The notes under the pieces were generated by a model, which was not told the origin of the DNA, did no database searches, and saw only the letters and a program-made list of their open reading frames with translations. Position numbers and translations under genes: made by a program. A stretch of 32,000 nt of DNA from Sedimentisphaera cyanobacteriorum (GTDB taxonomy: Bacteria > Planctomycetota > Phycisphaerae > Sedimentisphaerales > Sedimentisphaeraceae), in the NCBI RefSeq assembly GCF_001997385.1, contig NZ_CP019633.1, forward strand, positions 1,200,001-1,232,000. The letters run 5' to 3'. This document shows positions 1 through 7,342 of this stretch, in pieces (the stretch's first letter is position 1; each line of letters begins with the position of its first letter).

Positions 1-1
1 A

Positions 2-196
2 AGTGCGAGAGTAATCCTCGACCGTGAAACAAAAAGAAGCAAAGGCTTCGGATTTGTTGAAATGGGCGATGATGAATCCGCAGCTACTGCAATCGAAGAA
101 TTGAACGGCCATGAGTTGGATGGAAGAACTATGAAAGTCAGCGAGGCAACTCCGCGAGAGGAAAAGCCACGCAGGTCATTTAATAGAAGAAACTAA
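2..196 (+). CDS. RRM-type RNA-binding protein, C-terminal part (5' end lies outside the window)
   Basis: Frame 2 is open from the window edge to TAA at 194-196. It reads ...ILDRETKRSKGFGFVEMGDDESAATAIEELNGHELDGRTMKVSEATPREEKPRRSFNRRN. KGFGFVEM is the RNP-1 octamer of bacterial single-RRM proteins. It is absent from the ORF track because no start codon lies in the window. Confidence 0.8.
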   Translation, partial: SARVILDRETKRSKGFGFVEMGDDESAATAIEELNGHELDGRTMKVSEATPREEKPRRSFNRRN

Positions 197-212
197 TCTG
201 GCTATCCAGAAA

Positions 213-239
213 GGCGGCATAAATTTGCCGCCTTTTTTT
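213..239 (+). terminator. Rho-independent terminator after the RRM gene
   Basis: GGCGGCA (213-219) pairs with TGCCGCC (226-232) around a 6-nt loop. A T7 run follows at 233-239, 17 nt downstream of the stop codon. Confidence 0.8.
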
Positions 240-356
240 ATGCGCTGAAAATTCTCTAAACTGCCGCAGCATTATATTCACTGCCTTACTTTTGAGTCAA
301 AATTCAAAAAGAATGCAGGATTCGCTGGGGGAAAATAAAAAATTTTTATCCAGCCC

Positions 357-385
357 TTGATTGTTCGGGTTATGTTCGGTAGTAT
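357..385 (+). promoter_or_regulatory. Sigma-70-like promoter for the radical-SAM gene
   Basis: TTGATT (357-362), a 17-nt spacer, then TAGTAT (380-385). AAGGA at 400-404 and ATG at 412 follow. Confidence 0.45.
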
Positions 386-411
386 ATACTGATATAAACA
401 AGGACTGGTTT

Positions 412-1572
412 ATGACAGCTATTATTACAAAACCCGATTTAGAGCAGAAGCTCAGCCTCCTCAGCAGGGACGCACAATACGATCTCGCCTGCGCCTGCAA
501 TGTTAGCGGCGAACAGAACCGGAAAGCCGGCAGCGACGGAAAATGGATCTATCCAGCAACACTTCCAGAAGGCGGCAAGAGCGTCCTCTTCAAAACTCTT
601 CTCACTAATTCCTGCACAAACGACTGCAAATACTGTCCTCTGCGCAAAGCCAGAGACGAGCAGCGCTTCAGCTTAAGCCCTGAGAGAATAAGCCGCGTTT
701 TTATGGATTATCTTAGGCGGGGAAAGGTGCACGGTTTGTTTTTAAGCAGCGGTGTTCATCGCGGCCCGGAATACGCTATGCAGCAGCTTATCGATACAGC
801 GGAGATCCTCCGCAGAAAGCACAGATTCAGCGGGTACATACATCTCAAAATTATCCCCGGGGCAAGTGCTGAATCTATTGAGAAAGCGGTATCGCTTGCC
901 AGTGCTGTATCGCTGAATATTGAAACCGCAGGCGAGGAGAATTTCCGCAGGCTCTCAGATAAAAAGGACTATATGCGGGATATCGTGCGGCCAATAAAGC
1001 TGATAAAACAGCTCACCTCTGCGGACGGGCGATACAGCAGGGTAAAACAGACCACGCAGTTTATCGTTGGAGCATCAGAGGAGAAAGACAGCGAACTGCT
1101 CGCATATATGCAGAGACTCTACGATAATATGAATATGCAGCGGATTTACTTCAGCGCGTATCAGAAGGGGCTCGGCAGTCCTGATCTGCCTGGTGAGAAC
1201 AGCTCCCGAACCGCAAACCAGCTTCGCCTCAGGGAGCACCGCCTCTATCAGGCCGATTATCTCTTCCGCATTTACGGCTTCAAAGCATCCGAGATGCCCC
1301 TGCTCAAAGACGGGAGCATGCCGGCAGATAAAGACCCGAAGCTCGCCTGGGCAGGACAACATCCCGAGCGTTTCCCTGTGGACGTTAATTCTGCGGGCAA
1401 AGCTGAACTGCTTAGGATTCCCGGCATCGGTCCGGCAGCGGCTAAAAGGATAATCCAGCGGCGCAAAAAAGAGAGCCTGCGCAGTCTTTCGGATATAAGC
1501 AGCAGACCTGCCGTTCAAAGCAGGGCCTGCCATTACATATCATTCAGCGGGAAGCGGGCTTCGCTTTTCTGA
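412..1572 (+). CDS. Radical SAM protein with C-terminal helix-hairpin-helix (putative DNA modification/repair radical SAM family)
   Basis: The track ORF is 361..1572 with a TTG start. I prefer ATG 412 (MTAIITKPD) because AAGGA lies 7 nt upstream and the promoter-like hexamers would fall inside the longer ORF. CTNDCKYCP is the CxxxCxxC [4Fe-4S]/SAM motif. LLRIPGIGPAAAKRIIQRR is a helix-hairpin-helix motif. The family name is recalled from memory, not searched. Confidence 0.8.
   Translation: MTAIITKPDLEQKLSLLSRDAQYDLACACNVSGEQNRKAGSDGKWIYPATLPEGGKSVLFKTLLTNSCTNDCKYCPLRKARDEQRFSLSPERISRVFMDYLRRGKVHGLFLSSGVHRGPEYAMQQLIDTAEILRRKHRFSGYIHLKIIPGASAESIEKAVSLASAVSLNIETAGEENFRRLSDKKDYMRDIVRPIKLIKQLTSADGRYSRVKQTTQFIVGASEEKDSELLAYMQRLYDNMNMQRIYFSAYQKGLGSPDLPGENSSRTANQLRLREHRLYQADYLFRIYGFKASEMPLLKDGSMPADKDPKLAWAGQHPERFPVDVNSAGKAELLRIPGIGPAAAKRIIQRRKKESLRSLSDISSRPAVQSRACHYISFSGKRASLF
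1546..1569 (+). terminator. Weak hairpin plus T-tract overlapping the 3' end of the radical-SAM gene
   Basis: AGCG-(GG bulge)-AAG, loop CGGG, CTT-CGCT gives 7 bp with a bulge, followed by TTTCT running into the TGA at 1570-1572. Only 9 nt separate this stop from the convergent stop at 1582. Confidence 0.3.
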
Positions 1573-1581
1573 GAGCCGCTG

Positions 1582-4500
1582 TTAATCGCTTATTTTGAGC
1601 CAATCCTGCGATGTTTCTTTTAGGTCATCAAGAAAATACTCCGCCTGCCATAAACTTGAAAGCTCGCAGAAGTCTTCCAAATCCACCGCCCTGCTTTGAT
1701 TTAAGTCGCCAGTGTGATAAATATCCTTTGCCTCAATCAGGGCTCTTTGAAGTGAGCACCTGTTCCACCAGCCTGCATCGATATACACGGCGAGAGGATG
1801 GCCTACTGCTGAAGTTTTATACTTAGAGCTGAAGTAAACAGAGACATCTGCATACCCATCCTGAGGCGGATACACCTTTTGGGAAACGATATCTGAATCG
1901 GTATCGGCGTTTTGCAGGGTAAGGGTAATTCCTTTGCCGGCGCGATTCTTTGCCCGAACCCTGAGGTAGTATTCAGTATCAGGCTGCACAACTGCGGAGG
2001 TATCTTTCCAGATGAGATTCCGCTTAGAGCCGTTGCCCCAGCTGTACAGCTCCATCCAGATTTCCCCGTCTTCTTCTATGATTTGGATTCCGCCGGTCTC
2101 ATCGCCCGGTTCGTCGGGTGCCAGAGACACCTCATTCCATCCGGAAGTTGTATCGAGGGCATCGCTCCATGGAGAGGCTGAGTCCGTTTCGTCGTAGTTT
2201 TCCCTGATCATCTTTACATCATCAATGAAAATACAGCCGTTTTGGTTCGTCGAAGAGGTTATGAAGCGGATCTGAGATACGTTATAGCCGTAATCGGCAA
2301 GCCTTATTTCCGCCTCTTGCAGCCCGTCCGGCACGCCAGACGATGCAGAAGAGTCTAATGCGTTATCGAAGTATCTTGCTTTCCATACAGGTCTCCAGCT
2401 CTGGTCGGCAAAGTCGTATATCTCAGCGGCAGCCCATTCGCCGGGGGCAAGCAGGTCTGCGTCGTATTTAAAGCTCAGAATCCAGCTCCATTCGGGATCC
2501 AGCTCACGGGTGATATTTGAACCGCCCGTAATTTTTGCTGAAGAATTGCCGTTCAGCGAGGCCACAGAAGCGCTGCCGGAGGCTGTCCAGCTTCCATTCC
2601 AGCCTGTCCCGCCTGAGAAATCGCCTGATTCAAAATCATCCACTGCATCGAACGGCCTCGGGCGAAGAGCTGCCTGATTGCTGAAACTGCTAAGCACACC
2701 GGAGAGATTCTCCGCTGCTGCAAAATACCTGTATCTGGCCAGCTCCACAACATCAGTATCGATGAAGTTTTTATTCTGCAAGCCGGCAGCAATTTCTTCG
2801 ATTGGGTTGTTGTTTTTCAAGCGGTATATATTATAGCCTGCAAACGCAGGGTTCTGGACGTGCTGCCAGCTGAGCTCAATCCCTTCATCAATCACTTCTG
2901 CGGTGAGGTTATACGGAGCGGCGGGAGAAGCATTCCCTGCTGCGCCTGCATCCTGAAGATTCCATACTGTCTGTGCTGAGGCAACTGAAGAAGGAGCAAA
3001 GCCCGGCTGGCCTGAGGAATCTATAATAAGCCTGCAAGGGTCTGCCTGCCTTTGGAGGCCTACATTTTCCAGATAATAATTATCCCCTGCGCTCAGCAGC
3101 TGCCATTTGGCATATTCCTGATTATTTTCTGTATCGCTGAGAATTAGCTGCCCAGTTGAAGAGCTGGCTGCGAGCCGTTTATCTGAACTTAAATCTATAT
3201 TGTCTATGTAGTAGAAAGCTCCCGCTTCTACAAACTCCCAGCGAGCTGAATCTTCGCTGTAAGAGACGGGCTCTGAATCAATATTTCCATTTTCGGCATC
3301 GAGTCTGAGGTTTCTGCCGTCGTTTTTCATAAACATAGTGAAATAGTCCGGGCAGCGGTTTGACCAAGCAACCTCCAAATGCTTTTCGGTATGCGAGGCA
3401 ACATCAATCTCCCAGCTTCTTGCAGGCCCTTCTCCGTTGAAGAAAACATCCCTGTCCATGCAGCGGAACTTCCATTTGCTCGGCAAAGCATTCCTTTCAC
3501 TGCCTGCAGCGAATGCCCATACCCTCTGCTGGAGATCTCTGTAAACGCAGCCTGCTGTCCAAGTGGATGCGTGGGTTTTATAACCCAAGCGTTTTCCTCT
3601 TATGGCTTTAGAAAACACCCCTCTGGTTTCGTCTATCTCGCCCCAGTATATCCCGCCCTCGCCCGGGATGCCGTGGTCTGAGCAGTTTGCCTGCACCATA
3701 AGCTCAACGATATTGTGAATCTCGGGGTTCAGGAAGGGTTTGCCGTCTTCGTGAGATTTGGTTACCGACCAGATTAGGCTATCAAGCGAGCCGTTTATCA
3801 CGTGAGTACCGCATATATCAGTGTACTGCGCAGTTGCAGAATACCAGCTTTCAAAGCTGTTCGAGCTGAGCGTTGAAGGGCCGAGCAGAGGAATCGAATC
3901 CAGCTCCGGTCTTGTCCTGTATTCGGCCATAATATCGGCCATTGCAGATTTGGTGGCCACAGGCCAGTCCCAGTCCGGTTCGTTGAACACTTCCACAAAC
4001 GCCCAGTCGCTCATTGTGTATCCGTATGTGCTGTTTACGTAGTTGATTGCAGCGATAAGCGCATCAACCCAGCGGTCCGGAATAATCTCGCCGCCGGAAA
4101 TATACCAGTCTGCAACTTCGTGATGGTCATCGGTGGGCAGGAGCATTATAGAAAGTTCTGCATCTGCTGCACGTCCTGCCTGAGCCATAGCGCTGTCTAT
4201 AGTGTTTTTTGCCGAGTCGGGAAGCTGGGGCTCGCCGCCGTCGTATGTGAGGGGCTCTATAACTCTCGAGCTGATCCGAACAACATCCAGAAGCGAGCCA
4301 AGATTCTCCAATGCAGCATCCATATTATTGCTTGTAATCCAGGTTTGGTCTGTACCCCAGTAGTCGAGGGGTTTGTCTTCGCCGAAGGCCTGAGAGGAGA
4401 AGTAAACCGTATTTGCCTCGGGCGGGTTTGCATCTATGTAAACCTTTCTAACCGCCAAATTATTCCACCACCCGGGATTGATTTCAATTCCGAGGGTTTT

Positions 4501-5433
4501 CCCTGCGAGGTCGGGTTTTTCGGCTGTGTCGAAACGCACTTCGCATTTGCTGAAGTTTTGCGTGGAAGGGTAAACTGTTTTGGATGCTATTGTATCAGCG
4601 GGATTGTCGGCGTTGAAAATTTTCAACTCTACAGGATCACTGTTGTCGTAGCTTAATATTTCCGCAGTGAGGCTGTATATTGTTCCTGAACGGGCTTGTG
4701 CATCAGTGCTTCTGCTGATTTTTACCCTTTTTGCCCCGTCCCACCAGCTGTTCAGACGGAACGACATATCCCCGTTTATCTGCGCAGTTCTGATTCCGCC
4801 GATATCATCGCCCGCTTCGCTTTCGGCATTTGAGTCTTCTGCCCAAGCCGAGAGCGTGTCTGCTGGGTCTGTAAAAAGCCTCAAAGCTGCTGCTGCCGGT
4901 CTGCCGGAATCAAGATGGATTTGCCTAATCCCTACATTGTTCTGACTTCCCGAGCTTATTTTTATCCCAATTGCTTTACCGATAAATTCTGGGTTTTGAT
5001 TAGTGTCAATACATAATTGAAAATTCCTGAAGCCCCCCGTTTCCGGATGAATTGTCTTTGAAGCCAGAGTTTCGGAGGGTTCTCCTGCATCAAATAAAGC
5101 AAGGGTTACAGGCTTTCCTGCTGAATAGCTCTCAATTTCCGCTGTAAGGCAGTAGATTTCGCCGGCTTCTGCGGCAATCGAGGTGCTTTTTGTGATTTGA
5201 GTGCTTTCTGCACCGTCCCACCAGCTGTTGAGTTGGAATATTATTTCACCATTCATTACAGATGCCCTGATTCCGCCTGTATCATCTCCAGCCTCATTTG
5301 CTGCTTGCGAATCTTCTGTCCATCCAGAGAGTGTATCAGCGGGTTCAGTTAAGAGCCTTTCGGCATTAACAGAATTTGCCACTAAAAGCACCATTAAAGC
5401 TGTAAATAAAACTGCACGCATTATTGAACACAT
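1582..5433 (-). CDS. Secreted multidomain glycoside-hydrolase-like protein (1,283 aa)
   Basis: Signal peptide MCSIMRAVLFTALMVLLVANSVNA|ERL.
Domain order from the translation:
- Two tandem unassigned ~149-aa modules (aa 27-175 and 186-334).
- A TIM-barrel clan GH-A-like core with FVEVFNEPDW (acid/base NEP motif, aa 479-490) and FLNPEIHN (nt ~3364-4416).
- Beta-trefoil/ricin-like repeats with ARWEF, AKWQL and TVWNL (nt ~2944-3351).
- An FN3-like segment, YNLTAEVIDEGIELSWQ...YNIYR (nt ~2659-2928).
- A concanavalin/LamG-like segment, DDFESGDFSGGTGWNGSW (nt ~2200-2658).
- A third copy of the module (aa 1089-1237).
- A dockerin-like tail.
The CDS call is firm. The substrate is unknown. Confidence 0.85.
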   Translation of the reverse strand: MCSIMRAVLFTALMVLLVANSVNAERLLTEPADTLSGWTEDSQAANEAGDDTGGIRASVMNGEIIFQLNSWWDGAESTQITKSTSIAAEAGEIYCLTAEIESYSAGKPVTLALFDAGEPSETLASKTIHPETGGFRNFQLCIDTNQNPEFIGKAIGIKISSGSQNNVGIRQIHLDSGRPAAAALRLFTDPADTLSAWAEDSNAESEAGDDIGGIRTAQINGDMSFRLNSWWDGAKRVKISRSTDAQARSGTIYSLTAEILSYDNSDPVELKIFNADNPADTIASKTVYPSTQNFSKCEVRFDTAEKPDLAGKTLGIEINPGWWNNLAVRKVYIDANPPEANTVYFSSQAFGEDKPLDYWGTDQTWITSNNMDAALENLGSLLDVVRISSRVIEPLTYDGGEPQLPDSAKNTIDSAMAQAGRAADAELSIMLLPTDDHHEVADWYISGGEIIPDRWVDALIAAINYVNSTYGYTMSDWAFVEVFNEPDWDWPVATKSAMADIMAEYRTRPELDSIPLLGPSTLSSNSFESWYSATAQYTDICGTHVINGSLDSLIWSVTKSHEDGKPFLNPEIHNIVELMVQANCSDHGIPGEGGIYWGEIDETRGVFSKAIRGKRLGYKTHASTWTAGCVYRDLQQRVWAFAAGSERNALPSKWKFRCMDRDVFFNGEGPARSWEIDVASHTEKHLEVAWSNRCPDYFTMFMKNDGRNLRLDAENGNIDSEPVSYSEDSARWEFVEAGAFYYIDNIDLSSDKRLAASSSTGQLILSDTENNQEYAKWQLLSAGDNYYLENVGLQRQADPCRLIIDSSGQPGFAPSSVASAQTVWNLQDAGAAGNASPAAPYNLTAEVIDEGIELSWQHVQNPAFAGYNIYRLKNNNPIEEIAAGLQNKNFIDTDVVELARYRYFAAAENLSGVLSSFSNQAALRPRPFDAVDDFESGDFSGGTGWNGSWTASGSASVASLNGNSSAKITGGSNITRELDPEWSWILSFKYDADLLAPGEWAAAEIYDFADQSWRPVWKARYFDNALDSSASSGVPDGLQEAEIRLADYGYNVSQIRFITSSTNQNGCIFIDDVKMIRENYDETDSASPWSDALDTTSGWNEVSLAPDEPGDETGGIQIIEEDGEIWMELYSWGNGSKRNLIWKDTSAVVQPDTEYYLRVRAKNRAGKGITLTLQNADTDSDIVSQKVYPPQDGYADVSVYFSSKYKTSAVGHPLAVYIDAGWWNRCSLQRALIEAKDIYHTGDLNQSRAVDLEDFCELSSLWQAEYFLDDLKETSQDWLKISD
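1723..2169 (-). repeat. Copy 3 of the module (aa 1089-1237), more diverged
   Basis: WSDALDTTSGWNEVSLAPDEPGDETGGIQIIEEDGEIWMELYSWGNGSK...YYLRVRAKN...IVSQKVYP...GHPLAVYIDAGWWNR...ALIE. Confidence 0.7.
4432..4878 (-). repeat. Copy 2 of the module (aa 186-334)
   Basis: FTDPADTLSAWAEDSNAESEAGDDIGGIRTAQINGDMSFRLNSWWDGAK...YSLTAEILSY...IASKTVYP...GKTLGIEINPGWWNN...VYID. At DNA level it shares blocks with copy 1, for example GTCCCACCAGCTGTT on the plus strand near 4740 and 5216. Confidence 0.8.
4909..5355 (-). repeat. Copy 1 of the unassigned ~149-aa module (aa 27-175)
   Basis: LTEPADTLSGWTEDSQAANEAGDDTGGIRASVMNGEIIFQLNSWWDGAE...YCLTAEIESY...LASKTIHP...GKAIGIKI...IHLD. It aligns colinearly with copies 2 and 3. 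Confidence 0.8.
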
Positions 5434-5542
5434 AATAAACCTTTGTCAAATTTAAGGGCTATACAATTACCTGTTAATGTTTAACACTTCTTTTTTTATA
5501 TCCTGAAAACGGCAATTTTTCTCACTGCATAAATAATTTCTC

Positions 5543-5574
5543 AAAAAAAGCCTGCTCCATCTGATCGGGCAGGC
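5543..5574 (-). terminator. Rho-independent terminator after the M24 peptidase gene
   Basis: On the minus strand, GCCTGC (5574-5569) pairs with GCAGGC (5555-5550) around a 13-nt loop. T7 follows (plus-strand A run 5543-5549), about 40 nt after the stop at 5614. Confidence 0.7.
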
Positions 5575-5613
5575 CTGAATTACTGTAGAAATTTTGAAAA
5601 AGGGGAATAATTT

Positions 5614-6696
5614 CTAAAATTTAACAATCTCCAGCTCCGGGCTTTTTTCGCCTCTGGAGAGTATTTCCCGCCCGTTTTCTGTTACGAGTATGTCATCTTC
5701 CAGCCTGATGCCGAACTTTCCGGACAGATATATCCCCGGCTCTACGGTGATAACGTGGCCTGGAGTGAATATATCCAAGCTTTTGCCGGAAAGGCGGGGC
5801 TGTTCGTGTATATCAAGGCCGAAGCCGTGGCCTGTCCCGTGGCCGTAAACATCAAAGCCGCTGTCTTTGATTACTTTTCTTGCTGCTTTATCTGCATCCG
5901 CCATTTTCACGCCCGGGGCAATCATATCAATTGCAGCTTTCTGAGCCAGTTTTACCGTCTCGTAAGCCCTGCGATATTCTTCCCCCGCTCTGCCTACTGC
6001 GAAACTGCGGGTTATATCGCTGCAGTAGCCTTTCCAAGATGCCCCGTAATCAATGAGTACATAATCGTTCTTGCGGAGTTTTCTTTTGCCCGGGATATGG
6101 TGCGGCTCAGAGCCGCCTGCCCCGAAACAGGCTATTGTGGTAAAGGCTCTGCCTGCGGAATGTTTTCTCATCTGGTATTCTATAAGGCCTGCAAACTCGC
6201 TCTCTGTAATTCCGGGCTTAAGCTCAGCAAGGGCAAACTTGAGAACCTTTCCGGAAATATTAACTGCTTTTCTGATATTCGCTATTTCCGCCTCGTCTTT
6301 TATCGCTCTTACTGAAGAGACAACGCTTTCTATAGGATGCAGCTGCACGCCGAATTTGTATTCGATATCCTGCGAAGCTCCGTAAGGCATATCCCGCTGA
6401 ACTGCAATATTATTAACAGACTTATATCTTTTTATAAGACTGCCTACTGCTTCAATCATCGAACCTTTTCTGGAAACAATCTTACACCCAAAGCATTCTC
6501 TCTCTGCCTGCTCGGTGTATCTTGAGTCTGTGAGGAGGAAAACCTGCCTCGGGCTTACCATTACCCAGCTGTCATCTCCACGGAAACCTGTAAGATAATT
6601 GACATTTGCCCAAGAGGTAAAGAGCCCTGCCTGACAGTTTTGCTCTTTGATATTCTTTCTTGCGCTTTTGACTCTCTGCTGAAAAAGCTCTTCCAT
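5614..6696 (-). CDS. M24-family Xaa-Pro aminopeptidase/prolidase
   Basis: Metal-ligand blocks are YCSDITR, HGTGHGFGLDIHEQP, VITVEPGIY and IRLEDDILVT, after an N-terminal creatinase/prolidase-like domain. I moved the start to ATG 6696 (MEELFQQRV) because the longer track ORF (to 6756) would overlap the upstream receiver gene by 47 nt. Confidence 0.85.
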   Translation of the reverse strand: MEELFQQRVKSARKNIKEQNCQAGLFTSWANVNYLTGFRGDDSWVMVSPRQVFLLTDSRYTEQAERECFGCKIVSRKGSMIEAVGSLIKRYKSVNNIAVQRDMPYGASQDIEYKFGVQLHPIESVVSSVRAIKDEAEIANIRKAVNISGKVLKFALAELKPGITESEFAGLIEYQMRKHSAGRAFTTIACFGAGGSEPHHIPGKRKLRKNDYVLIDYGASWKGYCSDITRSFAVGRAGEEYRRAYETVKLAQKAAIDMIAPGVKMADADKAARKVIKDSGFDVYGHGTGHGFGLDIHEQPRLSGKSLDIFTPGHVITVEPGIYLSGKFGIRLEDDILVTENGREILSRGEKSPELEIVKF

Positions 6697-6709
6697 AAAA
6701 AATCCTAAA

Positions 6710-7144
6710 TCACACTGTCCCGCTGCTGGACTGACTGCTGAGCCAGATAGACTCAATCTCTTTTACAATCTTAGTAATCCCGTCAAACTCCAGGGGCTTT
6801 ATTATAAACCTGTCTGCACCGGCCTTAATGCAGACATGTCTGTCTGTCTCGGCATCTGATGTAGTAAAAACAATTGTAATTATCTTCTCAGTAAGTTTAT
6901 TTTTCTTTATCTCTTTTACGACTTCCCTGCCGTCTTTTCTGGGCATATTTAAATCTAATATCACAATATCAGGTTTTGGAGAGTCCGCAAAATCGCCGGC
7001 ATTATGGAGAAAATCCATAACTTGAACCCCGTCTGTAACCCAGAAAATCTGAGCGTCCATATTGCTTTTCTTGATACCAATCTCAAAAAGCATCTTATCG
7101 GCAGGATTATCTTCGGCAAGAAGTATATTAACCTTTTTTCCCAT
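6710..7144 (-). CDS. Stand-alone response-regulator receiver (CheY-like), no output domain
   Basis: ILLAEDN acidic pocket, phospho-acceptor Asp in DIVILDLNMP, conserved T in IVFTTS and K in FIIKP. It is 144 aa long and ends 13 nt before the peptidase start. Confidence 0.85.
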   Translation of the reverse strand: MGKKVNILLAEDNPADKMLFEIGIKKSNMDAQIFWVTDGVQVMDFLHNAGDFADSPKPDIVILDLNMPRKDGREVVKEIKKNKLTEKIITIVFTTSDAETDRHVCIKAGADRFIIKPLEFDGITKIVKEIESIWLSSQSSSGTV

Positions 7145-7185
7145 TATTTCGCCTGTTAAATCTTTTGCTGTACACTTGTGAAATT

Positions 7186-7214
7186 TATTATTGTTACGTT
7201 TAGAATTATGTCAA
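7186..7214 (-). promoter_or_regulatory. Sigma-70-like promoter for the receiver/peptidase pair
   Basis: On the minus strand: TTGACA (7214-7209), a 17-nt spacer, then ATAATA (7191-7186). It lies between the gspD terminator and the receiver ATG at 7144. Confidence 0.4.
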
Positions 7215-7281
7215 TATAATGTTTAACTTCCGTCTGCTGAAGAGAGCTTAGGGGAAACTGAAATCAAAAAGCTTGCAAAAG

Positions 7282-7312
7282 AAAAAGCCGGCAAGATTGA
7301 AACCCTGCCGGC
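7282..7312 (-). terminator. Rho-independent terminator ending the secretion operon
   Basis: On the minus strand, GCCGGCA (7312-7306) pairs with TGCCGGC (7293-7287) around a 12-nt loop. TTTTTCTTTT follows. It starts 30 nt after the gspD stop. Confidence 0.75.
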
Positions 7313-7342
7313 ATTGAATAGATCATACTTCATCAAACCAGA

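Noticed and set aside
361-411. Upstream extensions offered by the ORF track: TTG 361 for the radical-SAM gene, 6756 for the peptidase, 13199 for gspK, 15204 for gspG, 16360 for gspF, 29575 for GxxExxY
   Set aside because: In each case an internal ATG has a better Shine-Dalgarno match, restores the canonical family N-terminus, and removes a long overlap with the upstream gene or promoter.
4120-5455. Plus-strand ORFs 4120-4656, 4667-4945 and 5201-5455, two of which resemble each other (APSHQL...SPASL/F...ESVSAGSVKSL)
   Set aside because: They are antisense shadows of the 1,283-aa gene. Their mutual similarity simply reflects the duplicated module on the coding strand. The minus-strand frame has the signal peptide and recognisable domains.
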